A stretch of DNA of 64,000 nucleotides from Cenococcum geophilum (GCA_050273025.1 CP158636.1:11842001-11906000); one strand, 5' to 3'; numbered from the stretch's first letter, positions 39,901-53,362 are shown. Notes: generated from the sequence alone by a model not told the origin. Translations and numbers: made by a program.

Positions 39901-42900
39901 TAGTTAGACGATTCGGCCACCCATTTCTCTTATAGAGCTTCTCCTTATAGTCTTATTTAGTTAAGTCTTTTAATACAAACCCTTACTACTTAACTAACGT
40001 AGAACTACGACGCCTATACCGTCAATTTAGTTACCCATTAGTTAATAAACTATAAAAGCTTCTTAATAAGGCTAGCTATGGCTATAACACTAATAGATCT
40101 GCTATTAAAGAGCTAACCAAACTCTGCCACTACTGCTAAAATTTTAGTAGACCCCTAGGTAGATTTCGCTTTACCTTATAAGACAACGTTAATTTCAATT
40201 ATTATATCATTATCAACATTATATATATTAGCGGCTCCCCCCTACTATACGTAGTTAACAAAGCAACTCAATTTTAAGCTAGTAGATAGCTACGAGACAT
40301 CAGCGCCAAGCACACTTAAGACGTTCTTTAAATGTGCTGGATTAATAGCTATTTAGGACCACCAGACTTAATTACTATAGATGCTAAAAAGAACTTTATT
40401 AGTAAGGAGTTTAAGCACTATGCTACTACTATGGGAGTAACCATAAAATTGGTTCCAGTCAAATTACACAATTCTATTAGAATGGTAGAACGCTACTATA
40501 GTCCGCTACAACGAGCCTACCAAATTATTACAACTAAAATCCCTAAAATTAGTAAGGAGATGGCCCTATAAATGGCCTTCAAAGCCATTAATAATACGGC
40601 TGGCCCAAAAAGCCTAGTCTCTACACTCCTAGTCTTTAAAGCTTACCCCCAAATGGTTAAATTAGACGCGCTATCACCTTTAGTTATATAACGAGCTACG
40701 GCTATTAAGAAAGCAATGGTAGAAATCTAGAAGCTACAAGCTAAACGATAGATCGCTAACACTCTTAATATGCGAAATAGACCACAAACTAACGCTATTT
40801 ACGGCCTTCTACCTAGTTCGCCTATTTTAGTCTAGAGAGAAGGCAATACTAGCCAAAGTGATTATTAGGACGGACTATATATACTACTTGCCGTTAATGG
40901 CAAGACCTATACCATAAAGCTACTAAATAGGCCTACGACCTTCCGCTCTACGGTTGTAAAACCTTACCTACTAGACCCATAAGACCTAGTTAAACCATAA
41001 GAGTCTGCCGAATTAGATAAACCAGTACCTTTACTAGCCGAACCTTAATTATTACTTAAGGCTAAACTACAGCTACCGCTAAAGCAAGGTAGAGGTCGCC
41101 CCCGCAAATACCTATTGCTTACGGCTGTCGCAGATACAACTATTACAGATACTACGATAGATATAGACGCTTTTACGGGTAATATTGCGGATATTGCGGA
41201 TATTATAGATATCGCTATCTACTTATAGGACGATAATACCGCAGATACAGCTAGCACTACTATTTACTTACAAAACGATAGCAACACCCAATTTAGCGCT
41301 TTACGATAAAAGGAGGTCATAGGCCTACTCAAGAAAGGCGTCTTTAAGATTATTAAACTATATAATATACTAAAGGGGGTTAAACTTTTTAATTCACGGT
41401 TTATTAACGAGATTAAGAATAAGGAAACCAATAAAGCCTTTAAGAAATCACGACTCATTGTATAGGCCTATAATGACTTAGAGAAAGAGCTGGTCCTTAC
41501 TTAGTCACTAATAATTTAACGAGTTAGCCAGCGGCTAATTCTCTGTATCGCTGCTATGCTACCGTAAATATAACTCTACCTCCGAGACATCTTATAAGCC
41601 TACGTCCAGTCTACTACAAACCTAAACCGCGAGTTCTACGTACGACTACTATATAAGCTAAATAAACAATTAGGAATTAATACGGACTCCGTTCTAAAGG
41701 TTATAAAGCCACTTTATAGAGTACCTAAAGCTAGAAACTACTGGTTTAAGACCTACCATTTATACCACGTTAATTAGCTGCAAATGGACCAGTCTATGTA
41801 TAACCCTTGCTTGCTTTATAGCAATAAGCCTTTTAGAATTGTCGGCCTATAGACTAACGATATACTATTCCTTGTAGATAATACCTTTATAGAGGCTAAA
41901 TAAAGCGAACTATACAAGGCCAAATTTATAGCTAAGGAGCGAGAGTAACTAACCGCTAATATACTAGTTAAGTTTAACAAAGGACTTATTTAATTAATAC
42001 AAGACAGAAGTATTACGCTAACGTAAAAGCGCTAGTATAAGAACCTTAGTATGGTTAATACTACGCTAGTAGATAGTACTAGCTCCAGAGGAGTTACGCG
42101 TAGCCTACTTACGCTAAAGGACTAGTATATCGCTTAACGCGCCAGAGGAGCCTATATCGCCTTAGTCTGTTAGCTAGAGGCCTTATTTAACCTATCCTTT
42201 ACTGCCTAGGCAATTAACCCAGTTAAAGATAATATAAAGAGTCTTAATAAGCGATTAAGCTAGCAGATTAAGAACGCAAATAAAGGCCTAAAGTTTATTA
42301 AGCTAAACGTTAACACCTTATAACTCCTAGTATTTACGGACGCTTCCTTCGCTAATAATAAGGACCTATCTTTATAAATCGGCTACGTACTTATACTAGC
42401 AGGCGCCTCAAATAAGGCAAATATCGTTTACTGGTCCTCAATCAAGTGCAAAAGAATTACTAGGAGTGTATTAGCCTCAGAGCTGTACGGTATAGCGCAC
42501 GGTTTTAACATAGGCGCTGCAATTAAATCTACGCTAGATAAGGTCCTATAGGTCAACTTGCCACTCGTTCTTTATACTAATTTAAAGTCCTTATACGACT
42601 GTCTCGTCCGACTAGGAACTACGCAAGAGAAACGCTTAATAATTAATATAATGTGCCTTTACTAAGCTTACGAACAAAGATAGATTACTAAAGTTAAGTG
42701 GATTAATAGAGATACTAACCCTACGGACGCTATAATAAAGGGTAAGCCTTATACGGCACTATTATAACTTATTAACACGAATCAAGTTGAATTACGGGCC
42801 GTAGGGTGGGTTAAACAAACGGATTCGGCTTTAGTAGGTACGGACTCGTACTATATAAAGCCAGCCGCTAAGGCGCTAGTAGCAGGCGAGCTAATAGCGA

Positions 42901-43270
42901 TTTTTTATCCCAGGGATAGAAAATCCTAATTGGCCGGTTTAATGGTATGGCAGAATCCAACAGGCGACGCGCCCTAGGATTAAAGGTAGAGCTATTGCGT
43001 ATTATAGACGGAAGAGCTAGCTATTACGTATATGCTACAAGTAGTCTAGAAGACTTAACTTTGGAGTATAGATTAGCCTTTTTTTTAGAGTTGCTCTAGT
43101 GTCGGAACGTTAATCATATGACGTAGTCATGAGACTACGAAGCGAGACTAACTGGTCTAACCTTGGAGTAACCCCTTTCTTCTAGACATTAATTAACTAC
43201 CAACTTTAATACCGCATACGTACCACTATAAGTGATATTCGTGCACGTTAATAAAGTGAGTATACCGACA
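36980..43270 (+). mobile_element. Copia D: full-length Ty1/Copia (GalEa-like), same family as Copia C, inserted in the Gypsy RNase H
   Basis: 171-bp LTRs at 36980-37150 and 43100-43270. TSD ATTAG at 36975-36979 and 43271-43275. Integrase fragment visible as ORF 40332..40571 (CWINSYLGPPDLITIDA...VERYY). Confidence 0.95.
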
Positions 43271-45139
43271 ATTAGACTTTATATTAAGAGTATATTTTTT
43301 ATAAAAATATAAAAATAGATAGCACCTAGTAGCATACTATAGTTAAAAGATAATACTACTAGAGTTAAACTATAATATCTATAATAAGGAGTTATTAGGT
43401 ATAGTTATAGTATTTAAAAAATAAAGAATATTCTTATAAGGTATAAAAAAAACCATTTATAATTAAAATAGATTATAAAAACTTAATAAAATTTCTAATA
43501 ATAAGGGAACTTAACTAAAGATAAATTAAATAGGTAGAGATGCTTATAGAATACTATTTTAAGATTTAGTATACTAAGGGTATAGAAAACGCATAAGTAG
43601 ACATACTAAGTAGAAAGGCTAAACTATAAAATAATAAGAAGCTATTAGGGGCTTTACTATAGGGAGATATAGATAGATTAATTAGGTATAATTATCTAAA
43701 AAATTATAGCAACTTAAAAAGAGAAATTAGGAAGAATCTATAAGATATTAAAGAGCTTTTAAGTATAAAGAATTTTAAAAATATAGCTAAAAGATCTATA
43801 AGTGGATATATACGAAAATTAAAAAGCTATATATATCCTAAAAAGTATAGTAAAGTATTTTATAAGGGAATAACTTAAGGATATAATAGAGCTATAGGCT
43901 TAGTGTTAAAACTTTAAGAGGAATATATTATTAATGGAATTTAGAAATTAGTAAGAAAAGTTATAAAGGAATATTTAAATTATTAAAGAAATAAACTAAT
44001 AAGGTATAAGCTATATAGAGAGCTATAACTTATTAAAATACTAGAAAGACTATAAGAGGTTATATTATAGAACTTTATTATTAAATTATTAAAGTTAAGA
44101 GATCCTATTACTAGATAAAATTATAATATAATCTTAGTAATAGTAAATAAGCTTATAAAGTAGGGATACTTTATAGTATATATAAAAGGAATCTTAGCGG
44201 AAGATATTGCTAGAATTTATATAAAAGAAGTATTTATAAAATATAAAGCATTAAATAAGATTATATTAAATAGAGATCTAAGATTTATAATAGTATTTTA
44301 GGAGATATTCTTAGCGGAGTAAGGAGTTTAAGTAGTAACTTTTACCGTATATTATCCGTAGATAGACGGTTAAATAAAAAAAATTAAATTAGATACTAGA
44401 GTAGTATTTAAGATATTATATTAATTATATATAAAATAATTAGGTATTATTATTACTAGTTATATAGTTTATATATAATATAATACTATAAAAAGGAATA
44501 GGTATATTATTATTTAAGGCGAATTATAGATATAAGCTAAGGATATTATTATCACTATATTAAGTAAAAAAGATAAGTAGTATAGCTAAGTAAAGAATAG
44601 AGAATTTAATAAATCTTTATATAAACCTTATAGAAATAGCTAAGATAGTATAATAAAGAATAAAAAAGTACTATAACGTTAAGAGATCTAAGGGACTAGA
44701 TCTTAAGGAGGGAGATAAAGTATAGCTACTATATAAAAATTTTAAAAGTTAATAACTAAGTAAGAAATTAGACTATTATATAAAGGATTTTATTAGTTAT
44801 ATTTAAGTTAAACCTACTAGCTAGAATAAAGATCTACCCTATATAATATATTATAATACTAAAGCTAGTATATAGAAATGTTAAACTACTAGTTTATAAG
44901 GTAGATATATATAGAGAATAAGAGAAAGATAAATAATAAGTTTTAAAGATTATTAGTTATAAGGATATAGACGATAAAATATAGTATAAGGTAAAGTAAA
45001 TAGGTTATAATAAGACTACTTAGGAGCTACTATAGAACCTAAAGAACGCTATAGAAAAGGTATAGGAGTATTAATAGAAAATAGGTTAGGTAATATTAAA
45101 AAGGAGCTAAAGATAAAGGGATTAGTTAAAGGTAATAAA

Positions 45140-45733
45140 CGAGCTAAATTATCTATAGGATCTACTACTAGCGTATAAATTATTTCCGCCTTTTCTTAAT
45201 TAGAATCCGTTTTAGCCTTCTTAGCCTTAAATTTATAAAGACCTTACTTAGTAAAATAAAGCTCTTTAAAGCGCACCTTCTTATAAACTTACTTAAGACG
45301 AAGTAAACGAGTATAAGTAGCTAGTTAAGCCTTAAATACTTTTCGCTCTTTAGTATAAATCCGTTCCCTATTATCTTAGAGCTTTTATACTTTAGCTAGG
45401 GCTATAGCTAACTTATCCTTAAAATAGAATACGGCAGATTAGATATAAAACCCTAAGGTAAGTTAGATAAGGAACTAGATAATTATAAAGAATTATAAAA
45501 TATATATACTTAGTATTAGAAACGGATTAAACGTTATAAAACAACCGTATATTTACTTATATATACTTAATATAAGAAAAAGGTTAGCAACTAAATGGAG
45601 CCGTAATTATAATATATACTAGTTTCTTCTCTATAAAATAAGAATAGAATAGTATAACTTTACTCTATTAAAAAAGAAAATAGAGATCTAACTGCCGGTT
45701 TTAGAGGGTTCTGTCTCCGTTTTTAGAGGTTAT
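45140..45733 (-). pseudogene. Antisense accessory ORF in the Gypsy 3' region (probably Cys-rich N-part plus charged coiled-coil-like tail), with a probable intron at 45453-45509
   Basis: Minus strand opens ATA(ATG)-ACC-TCT-AAA-AAC-GGA-GAC-AGA. It contains a GTATAT...CTAAC...TAG intron followed by a K/E/R-rich segment. Cysteines are inferred from RIP-type TAT codons. Confidence 0.5.
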
Positions 45734-46022
45734 ATTACTAAAACTCCCCGCCGCTCTAAGCCTCTTGCTTACCAGTCTAATGTTAAGCCTCTCGCTTACC
45801 TAGCCTATACCCTATTTTTTACGGGCAGACTAGTTTATCCAAAAGTATAACCCTTCTACGCGCCTAGCGCTAAACCTATATATACTCTATAGCTCCTACC
45901 TCTAATCCGTTTAACCTAGGCCCCGTTTCTCTTATTCTTTACCCTCCCATCTCCTTAACCCCACATTACTCTCTATATCCTTTCCGCCGTTACTACCCTA
46001 AGTTCTCTTCTAGCTCCCTAAA

Positions 46023-48486
46023 ATACGGTACGCTTAATTATTAAATCGCAGCTTATTATCTAGCGTTACTAATAATAAGTATATAGATATAGACAGCGAC
46101 GGTAATAGCTACTAAACAAAACTAACCGTCCTTAACAGTAATACCAACAGCACTACTAAATCTAAAAATGCTTACGAAGCGTCCACTTAAGCATAGCTTT
46201 ATAAGGATCAAGACCATTTACTAGAATATTACCTTAAATAGTTAAAAAAGTTTAAGGAAACCAATTTTACGACGCAGAACTACGCTAATACTACTATAGC
46301 TCTCCTTAACCGCATTAAAGAACACTAGCATTAGTAAGTAATAACCTATTTAGCGGCTTCCTCTTAGGCCTAACTTGGTAGAAAGCTAATAATTTCTAGA
46401 TACTACACCTATATAGGGAAAGACCCTAAGAAAACGTACTAAGTCCTCTCGCTTTAGCTCCTTTATAGCTTCTTTAACTAGTCCCTAAACTAGAAATAAA
46501 GGAAAAATAGTAGGAAATAGTACGGGACAAAGGTTTCTAGCTCGCTTAGCCTAAACTAGAAGTACTATCGCCTTATATACAAGAGAGCGACTAAAGGGAA
46601 AATTGCTAGTAAACTAAACCGCTAGATATATAAGGTAATTATATTCCTAGTTAATCCTTTAACCTAGTAAGGTAAGGCAGAGCTAAGATATCTTTCTTAG
46701 GTACTTTGGAAACTAGCGGAGAAATATAGTCTAAGCAAGAAAAAGCGAGAAAAGACTATTATAGACGCGGAGGATCTCGCCCTAGTCCTTAAGACTAACT
46801 TAGTTATAACAAGGAAGCGATATATAGTTAGACGACATTAAATATAAGTGTATTTCTTAATATAACTAGGTCTTTACACTATAAGCTAACCTAAAGCTCT
46901 TCTAAACCTATACTACCGATATATAATAGTTACACTTATTTAGGACCTAAAGGGTAGTCCCTATAATATTATGCTTAAGTTTATATTTAAATTCACTAAG
47001 GAATATCTTAGTATAAAGGAAGCGTGTATTATCTTTCTACCCTATTCCTCTTACCTTATGCTTATAGAGAACTAGTAATACTTTCCCAATTCCTAAGATT
47101 ATCTTTAACCCTTTACTTATTCTTAGCCCTTATGTTTTTCTCTTAGGCCTCCTCTTTACTAACTAAGCTTTTAGAGCCCCTAACCTAATATCTGCGGAGT
47201 AGCTTATTAAGCTATATATTAAGCCTGGCCGTAACTAGTTACTACTACCACTCTATCCGGACCTAGATAATATCCCCATATTTCGGCAATTAATTAAAGC
47301 TTTTTATAGCTATAAGGTCTTACCCAACTAACCTTTATATTACTTAACTCTTTTACTATAAATTAAGGACCTTAGCACAATTACGGGATTTCGGCAGGTT
47401 ACACGCCCATATAGTCTCCATTACGGCATAGGTAAGGCATTTAATAAAAATAGTAAGTTCTATTATATAGAGCTGGTTCTACTAAGACATTTCTAATATT
47501 TTTATTACTTAGGTAACGTAACTAATGCCCTCTAGAACCTAATAATGTAGCACGCCAACGCTTAAACGTTCCTAAAGCACTACCTTTTATAGCGTGTTAA
47601 CATAGATATATAAGCAATCGTTTAAGGCTTAGAGCCTTAAGAAAAGTTAATAAAAGCAGTATGCCGAATAAGCCAATTAATTAACCCGCGGCGGCCATAG
47701 CACCTAATAATAGAACAATCCTTATCGGTAAACAAGAACCCACGTATTCGTTCCTTAATTAAAGTTCAAAATAAGCTAAAGCTTAGCCTTAAGCGCAAAA
47801 CTATAGGAAGCACAGAATACTAAAAGCTTAGCCAAGAAATCACAAATAAAAGGCAACGTCAGAGAAATGCGCTATTAAAAAATATTAAGAAGAATTAGGA
47901 CAATAAACAAGCTGTAATTAATATTAAGCGGCAACTTTCCAGAGTTACATTTAGCGAGGATATTAAAGCAACCTTAGAATCTAATAATAATAGATCGGCC
48001 AAACATAAACGCCTTATTAAAGTAATTATAACGCTACCTAGTACGTCACTAGAAGATAAAATACGTAGACGCAATAATGCTATTAATACAGTTATAGATT
48101 ACTGCAATATTAAGGAAGGTAGAGTGTATCGGCTAAGTCATCACTAGAGATAGTTTAGGGTAGGTATCGCCCTTAGCCAAGTCAAGATTAAAGAAGATGT
48201 CGAGATTTTAAAAACGGCTAAAGCGCTAGAGAGTGCAAAGTTATCCTTATATAAGGAAAAAAGACTAAAGATATACTTTATCTACCTTAGGAACCAAAAG
48301 CTACTAATTAGTAAGCGTATATATAGGTTCCACACTTTAACTGCTCTTACGAAGCATTTCCAACAAGCGTATCTCTCTAAACTCCTATAGCAGGGTAAAA
48401 TCAAATGTAACGTTTATAAAGTAACCCTTAAGCATAAAATACATCTTTAGAACTATGCGCTTAGTATATATAGGACCTTTTCCTAG
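46023..48486 (+). pseudogene. DUF3435 tyrosine recombinase (Starship 'captain') with C-terminal C2H2-like fingers, RIP-inactivated
   Basis: De-RIPed translation: acidic N-terminus (...DHSPEYYLEQL...), KREKTIIDAEDLALVL, TASRPKALLNLCYRHIIVTLIRDPEGGPHNIMLEFTFEFTKEYLG (~46878-47020), NTFPIPEIIFDPSLILSPHVFLLGLLF, RPYSLRYGAGKAFNE (~47404), LQNLIMQHANARTFLKHY (~47530-47583), RSIDPRRP, then C..C/H..H fingers at ~48270-48475. Probable GT-AG introns near 46334, 46670, 47024 and 47453. Confidence 0.88.
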
Positions 48487-48617
48487 TTATTACGCGTTTA
48501 TCTTATTATTCTTTACCACTTTTTATTTCATTTTAGTCTGTTATTATCCAATCCTATTCTAGTATTTAGTAGAATAGATATAATAACTAGGATTTTATAA
48601 TTCGTCTAGGGGGGCGA

Positions 48618-48702
48618 GGGGTAATAGGTAAGGGTAAGGGTAAAGGTAAGGTAAAGGATAAGATAAAGGGTAGAGTAAGGGGTAAGGGGTAAGGTAAGGG
48701 GA
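48618..48702. repeat. Degenerate (GGGTAA/GGTAA)n purine-rich repeat just 3' of the captain
   Basis: ggtaagggtaagggtaaaggtaaggtaaagg...gggtaaggggtaaggtaagggg read directly. Confidence 0.75.
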
Positions 48703-49019
48703 GGCTAATAGGAGATAGATAATATAGTTGCTATATAATATCTAACGGATCGACTATAGATAAGATATACATTCGAATTTCTTAAATTAACCTAAACGGA
48801 GAAAGGAAGAGAAGTATTATATAATAACTTCCTACCTAAGCCAATCTCCTAAGCTAAGTATCTTTACTTATATATAACGCTTATACCTTTTGCAACGAAG
48901 TATATAAGGGTAATTAGGGTTGGATAGATAACTACTATCCTTAATATAATATATAAACTCGGCTCTATAACCAATATTATAACAGGTCCTAGTCGTGCAG
49001 AGGATATTAAGATAGTTAT

Positions 49020-50014
49020 TAATATTTTCACTTTTACGCTTAGCCACGGCATACCTTACCTCGGCGGATTAAAGTAGTGATTCTATTTATTATAGCTGAG
49101 ATTAGACAGCTTAAAGTTTCAGCATAAAGTTTTCCTCCATATTCTTAGATGCGGTAATCACTGTCCGTACAATACCGATAGCGAAATCGCTTATAACGTC
49201 CAGCTCTATAAAGTCCTTAAGTTTAATAAGCTCTTCGATATACTTAGCTACTATTAAGGTAATTATATTATATAATACTAAGTCGCCTATTAGGCTAAAG
49301 ACATCCTAAACAATATTAGGAAACCCGTCTACGGACTAGCTAGTTCCTAGAATGTATTAGATTTTTATATTCGCAAGCTCTTTTAGCTATAATATATCGT
49401 AGTAATTGGTAATTGCATTAATATAGACGTAACGAAGTATAATATAGGCCGTCGTCGGCCGTATCATTATATCTTTATTATCGCCACCGCTATTATCTGG
49501 TTTAGATAGCAATAAGGCATCAGCGTCATTAAGTTACGCTACCTCTAATTCTATAGATCGAAGCTTAAGTACGGATAAATTAGATTAGCGTGTGAATATA
49601 TTTCTTACCTTAGCCAAGCTTTTCCACACTTACAATATTAGATCCTCGCTCCTCCTCGCCATTATTATAGTCCCTCTTATACATAAATTAGATCATTCTC
49701 TTAATAGTGCCGAAATCGAACTCGTTAATATTTATAATATTAGTCGCCGCCTCCTACCTATTAGTTAGTTCCTAGTTAGGGTCAATTCTACTAAATATTT
49801 AATTAGCTTTTACCTAAAAGCCTTTATTATAGGCAGCTATAAGTATAGAAGATTGGGTGCATATAATCGCTTTATAAACTTTAAACTTTAGCCCCTAGTA
49901 TATAAGTTTCAAGTCGCTATATTTCTCGCTATCTATAAGCTACGCTAAGCCGAGTAGAACATTTTTAGATAATATATTTTGTTGGTTTTCTTTCCTAGTT
50001 CTAGTTTCGACTAT
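49020..50014 (-). pseudogene. BTB/POZ-domain protein pseudogene (cargo)
   Basis: Minus strand, de-RIPed: DSEKYSDLKLICQGLEFKVHKAIVCTQS...AACDKGFQ, an intron, then EAATNIINI.EFDFGTIKRMIQFMY..DY and later HV.VNAIADYYDI..LKELAN. This is the usual fungal BTB pattern. Confidence 0.8.
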
Positions 50015-50999
50015 ATCTTAAGTAATATTTAAGGGTGTAATTTGGTGTTAAACAGGACGATTAAGAACGAGAACTCTACTTTATTAAACGTGGCTCTAGA
50101 GCCTCTATATATATATTAAGAAGTCATTATTAGCTTCGTCTAACCTGCGACGGATTTAGTTAATTAGTTAGAGCTTTAAATATTAGTCGCTTAACTAAGG
50201 ACTAATATGACTTCTAAAGTTCTAGGTCGATATTTGGCTTATATATATACTAAGCATTTTCCGCTACCCCTTTACCTAGATAAAGCCAGTTATATAACTA
50301 GAAAAACCCTACTATCCATATCTAGTAAAAGTACGGAAAATTATAAGGCAATAAATAAACACTATATAAACGTACGCGGCAACTATAGGTAGAGGAGCGT
50401 GCATTATAGTAAAGAAAAGAAGGTAACTACATTTCAGCCTAGTTAGCCCGCAGGCCTTATAACTCTACTAGTAAGCCCTAAATTTTGCAATAGTAAACGG
50501 AACCCAGGCTTAATATAGTCAGCCATTAGTAAAGCAATATTAAAGCACCTACTTAGATTTAGGATTAAGTCAATTCTCTAAGGAATATAGGGAAGAATCC
50601 AATTAGTTCCTAGCAGGAAAGGCTTTTATAATATAAAACCTTAATTAAGGCTCACATTAACTCATCCTAGAAATCTCCCATCTGTCCAGTTTAAGTAATT
50701 AATTTAACTCTTTAGGGACGCGATGCTAAGGAGGCCAGTATCTTACAATAAAACAGGGTAATTATTATAGGCTTACGACAAAGAAAGCGATGCAAAGCTA
50801 CCTATAGGATAAGCCTATTAGAACATAAAGAGAACTAGTAAACAGAGGTAAACGCGGGGTTAACGTACCTGGAAAGGCACTAATATAGTATTATTATGCA
50901 GGCCGACCCATTGTTATATCTATAACTTTATTAGCTATATTAGAAGAAGGCAGAAGCGGAGACTAGTAACATTAGCCGGTTTTATATCACTAGCGGTTA

Positions 51000-51480
51000 A
51001 TTAGGTTAACGTAGTTAATATAGTTAATATAGTTAATAGGGTTAATAGGGTTAACAGAGTTAACGCAGTCAATAGCCCTACCTTAGCAAACGGCACTCTA
51101 CGCAGCAACACCAACTTCTTATTTTAACGCCACCACGTATAATAAGTCTTACTACTAGGTCTAAAGCTAGTAATATATAGGCTATTGCTAGACATTCCAA
51201 AACTTAATAGAAGCGGTTCTTAGTAAGCAGGGATATAAGCATAGCCTTAACTCTTAGTAATAAAGATCAGTAGACACTTATATAGGAAGAAGCTAAACGA
51301 CTTTACTTATTATATCTAATACGCTCTGCTTAGTTTAAGGTTCCTATAAACAAATAAGAGGAGCTTCTAGAGCGTTTAAACGAGCTGCTAGCGGCTAAGA
51401 GTATACCCTAGGTGGCTACTAAAGTCCTTAATTAGCGCATAGCATAAGCCGTTAGAAAAGCCCATTATTAGTTTTGTTAT
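51000..51480 (+). pseudogene. RIPed coding remnant of unknown function (cargo)
   Basis: A 9-bp repeat stretch (GTTAATATA-like, 51005-51070) is followed by a codon-like frame ...EEAKRLYL...EELLERLNELLAAKSIP*VATKVL..RIA*AVRK. No family recognised. Confidence 0.35.
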
Positions 51481-52989
51481 ATTATAGTTAGAACACTTAT
51501 ACTAACTTAAGTTTTAGCTTTATTAAATATAGCGTCTAGGGAGGAAGCAAGCAAATCAACTAATTAACCCTAGGTATTAACTAAGCAATATAATCCTATA
51601 AGAGATATAGACCGGTAACCTATATATTATAGGCCCTATAAGATATAAGAGTAGAGGGGTATTGCTTAAAAAGGTTATTTTAGTTTTCTAAGTAGTTTAT
51701 ATATTAACTCTAGCAGCACCCCTACTTCCAAGTCTTCTTACTTAAGGAGGCTCATTTATACCGGACGTTGTTAAAGAGATTAGGCTTTTAAAGGGTTAAT
51801 AGAAAGATAAGGAGCTAGATAGAAAATGTTTATATTAATCCCTAATGTTAACATATACGGTTATAGCTAGGGTACACACATAGACAATATGCCTTATTTC
51901 GCTACTATATACCCTATAGCACCCATCTTATATACTACACAAATGATATAAACCAGTAATTAATATATAGGCTATAAGACGCGTTATAGACGAAATGGCA
52001 TATGCCTTATAACTTAACTCCCTTCTATTTGTTAATATAAGATATATATCTAGCTTCTACGTATAACTAGGACCGAAACTAAGCCCCGGCATATAGCCCT
52101 ATACTTAAGCCTATTACTTAGCTTAGGGTTAAGAGGATATTAGTATAATCTAGCACTCTAGTGCTTACTAGCTCAGCTATCTAAACGCCTCTATACCTGC
52201 AATGGCCCGCTAATAAATTTTTTTATAGGTAATTAGCGTTTCGTTCTCATTTTCTAGGTTATTTAACGCCCCTAATTTTAGACCTATGTATACTTTCGCA
52301 CAAATCTCTTTACTCTTTAATATTTTTAGTCTTTTAATTTGTCTAAGTTAAGGTTAAGGATACGGCATACGGTTAATTAAAGACAGTTATATACTTAGCT
52401 CTAAGAACACTCCCCTAGCGTTTCTAACATCCACGAAATCGTGTCCCTAGTAATGTGTTCTATATATAATATATAGAACAATTACCAGTCTTTATATATA
52501 AGTTTTTATAGCTTTATATATTGTAGCTAATCTAACTTCTAATACTAAAATAGAGTAAAATTAGTAACGACTAAAAGAAGGAATTCGAAAGACAACGCGA
52601 TATTATTTACTCTTATTTTAAAGACTATAGGTTAATAATAAACGATAAAGAAGATAAGGCTTTCCAAAACCTTATTAATCACTACAACGCTTATAACAAT
52701 CTAGAGAAAGTTTAATATTTAAAGGAGATACTACTTAACCTTAATTAGGGTAAGACTTAATAAGAGATACTTACTAAGAAAATATTATAGGAAGGATAGG
52801 AGACATTAAGACATGGAATTTAGATATACTATAGGCCTTAAGAAGCTCCTAGATATGACTTAGTAATGGTATAGCGGTGCTTAATAGATCATCTCCCCCG
52901 TTATAACTAAATGTATAATATAACTTTTATTCATCCTCTAATTAACGCCTAGCGTGTAAATAGGATATTAATAGGTAAGCTAGACGATC

Positions 52990-53362
52990 CTATAAGCTAG
53001 GTAATTGTACGAGCTAGGTAATTATGCGAGCTAGGTAATTGTGCGAGCTAGATGCTTATAAGAGCTAGCTAATTCTATAAGCTAGGTAATTGTGTAAGCT
53101 AGGTAACTATGCGAGTATAGTGCTTATAGGAGCTAGGTAATCGTGCGAGCTAGGTAATTGTGCGAGCTGGGTGATTGTGCGAACTAGGCAATCGTATGAG
53201 CTAGGCGATCGTACGAGCTAGGTAATCGTGCGAGCTAGGTGATTGTGTGAGCTAGGTAATCGTATAAGCTAGGTAATCGTACGAACTAGGTAATTATGCG
53301 AGCTAGGCGATTATATAAGTAGGGTAATTATACAAGTAGGGTAATTATATAAGTAGGGTGAT
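52990..53362. repeat. 17-bp minisatellite (GAGCTAGGTAATTGTGC), about 20 copies
   Basis: Tandem units read directly, with transition variants. Confidence 0.92.

Larger units (their letters stand above)
6488..45738 (+). mobile_element. Ty3/Gypsy chromodomain LTR retrotransposon in five pieces (6488-7600, 13729-14246, 16411-18778, 36153-36979, 43276-45738; ~7.3 kb when joined), 3' LTR not in window
   Basis: De-RIPed motifs in Gypsy order: gag KLPSIERFSGERSKLKGFL...LFLTGKALEWFEPY (~7130-7310), CCHC knuckle (~14065-14110), protease VLVDSGAT (~18200), RT KGYIRPSQS...VLFVPKKNGKLRLCIDYRQLN spanning 18770/36153, RNase H ETDASDF spanning 36975/43276, integrase (~43900-44550) and chromodomain (~44930-45075). 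The reading continues across each insertion. Confidence 0.9.

Noticed and set aside
48618..48702. Telomeric repeat after the captain
   Set aside because: Degenerate GGGTAA/GGTAA rather than TTAGGG, short and internal.
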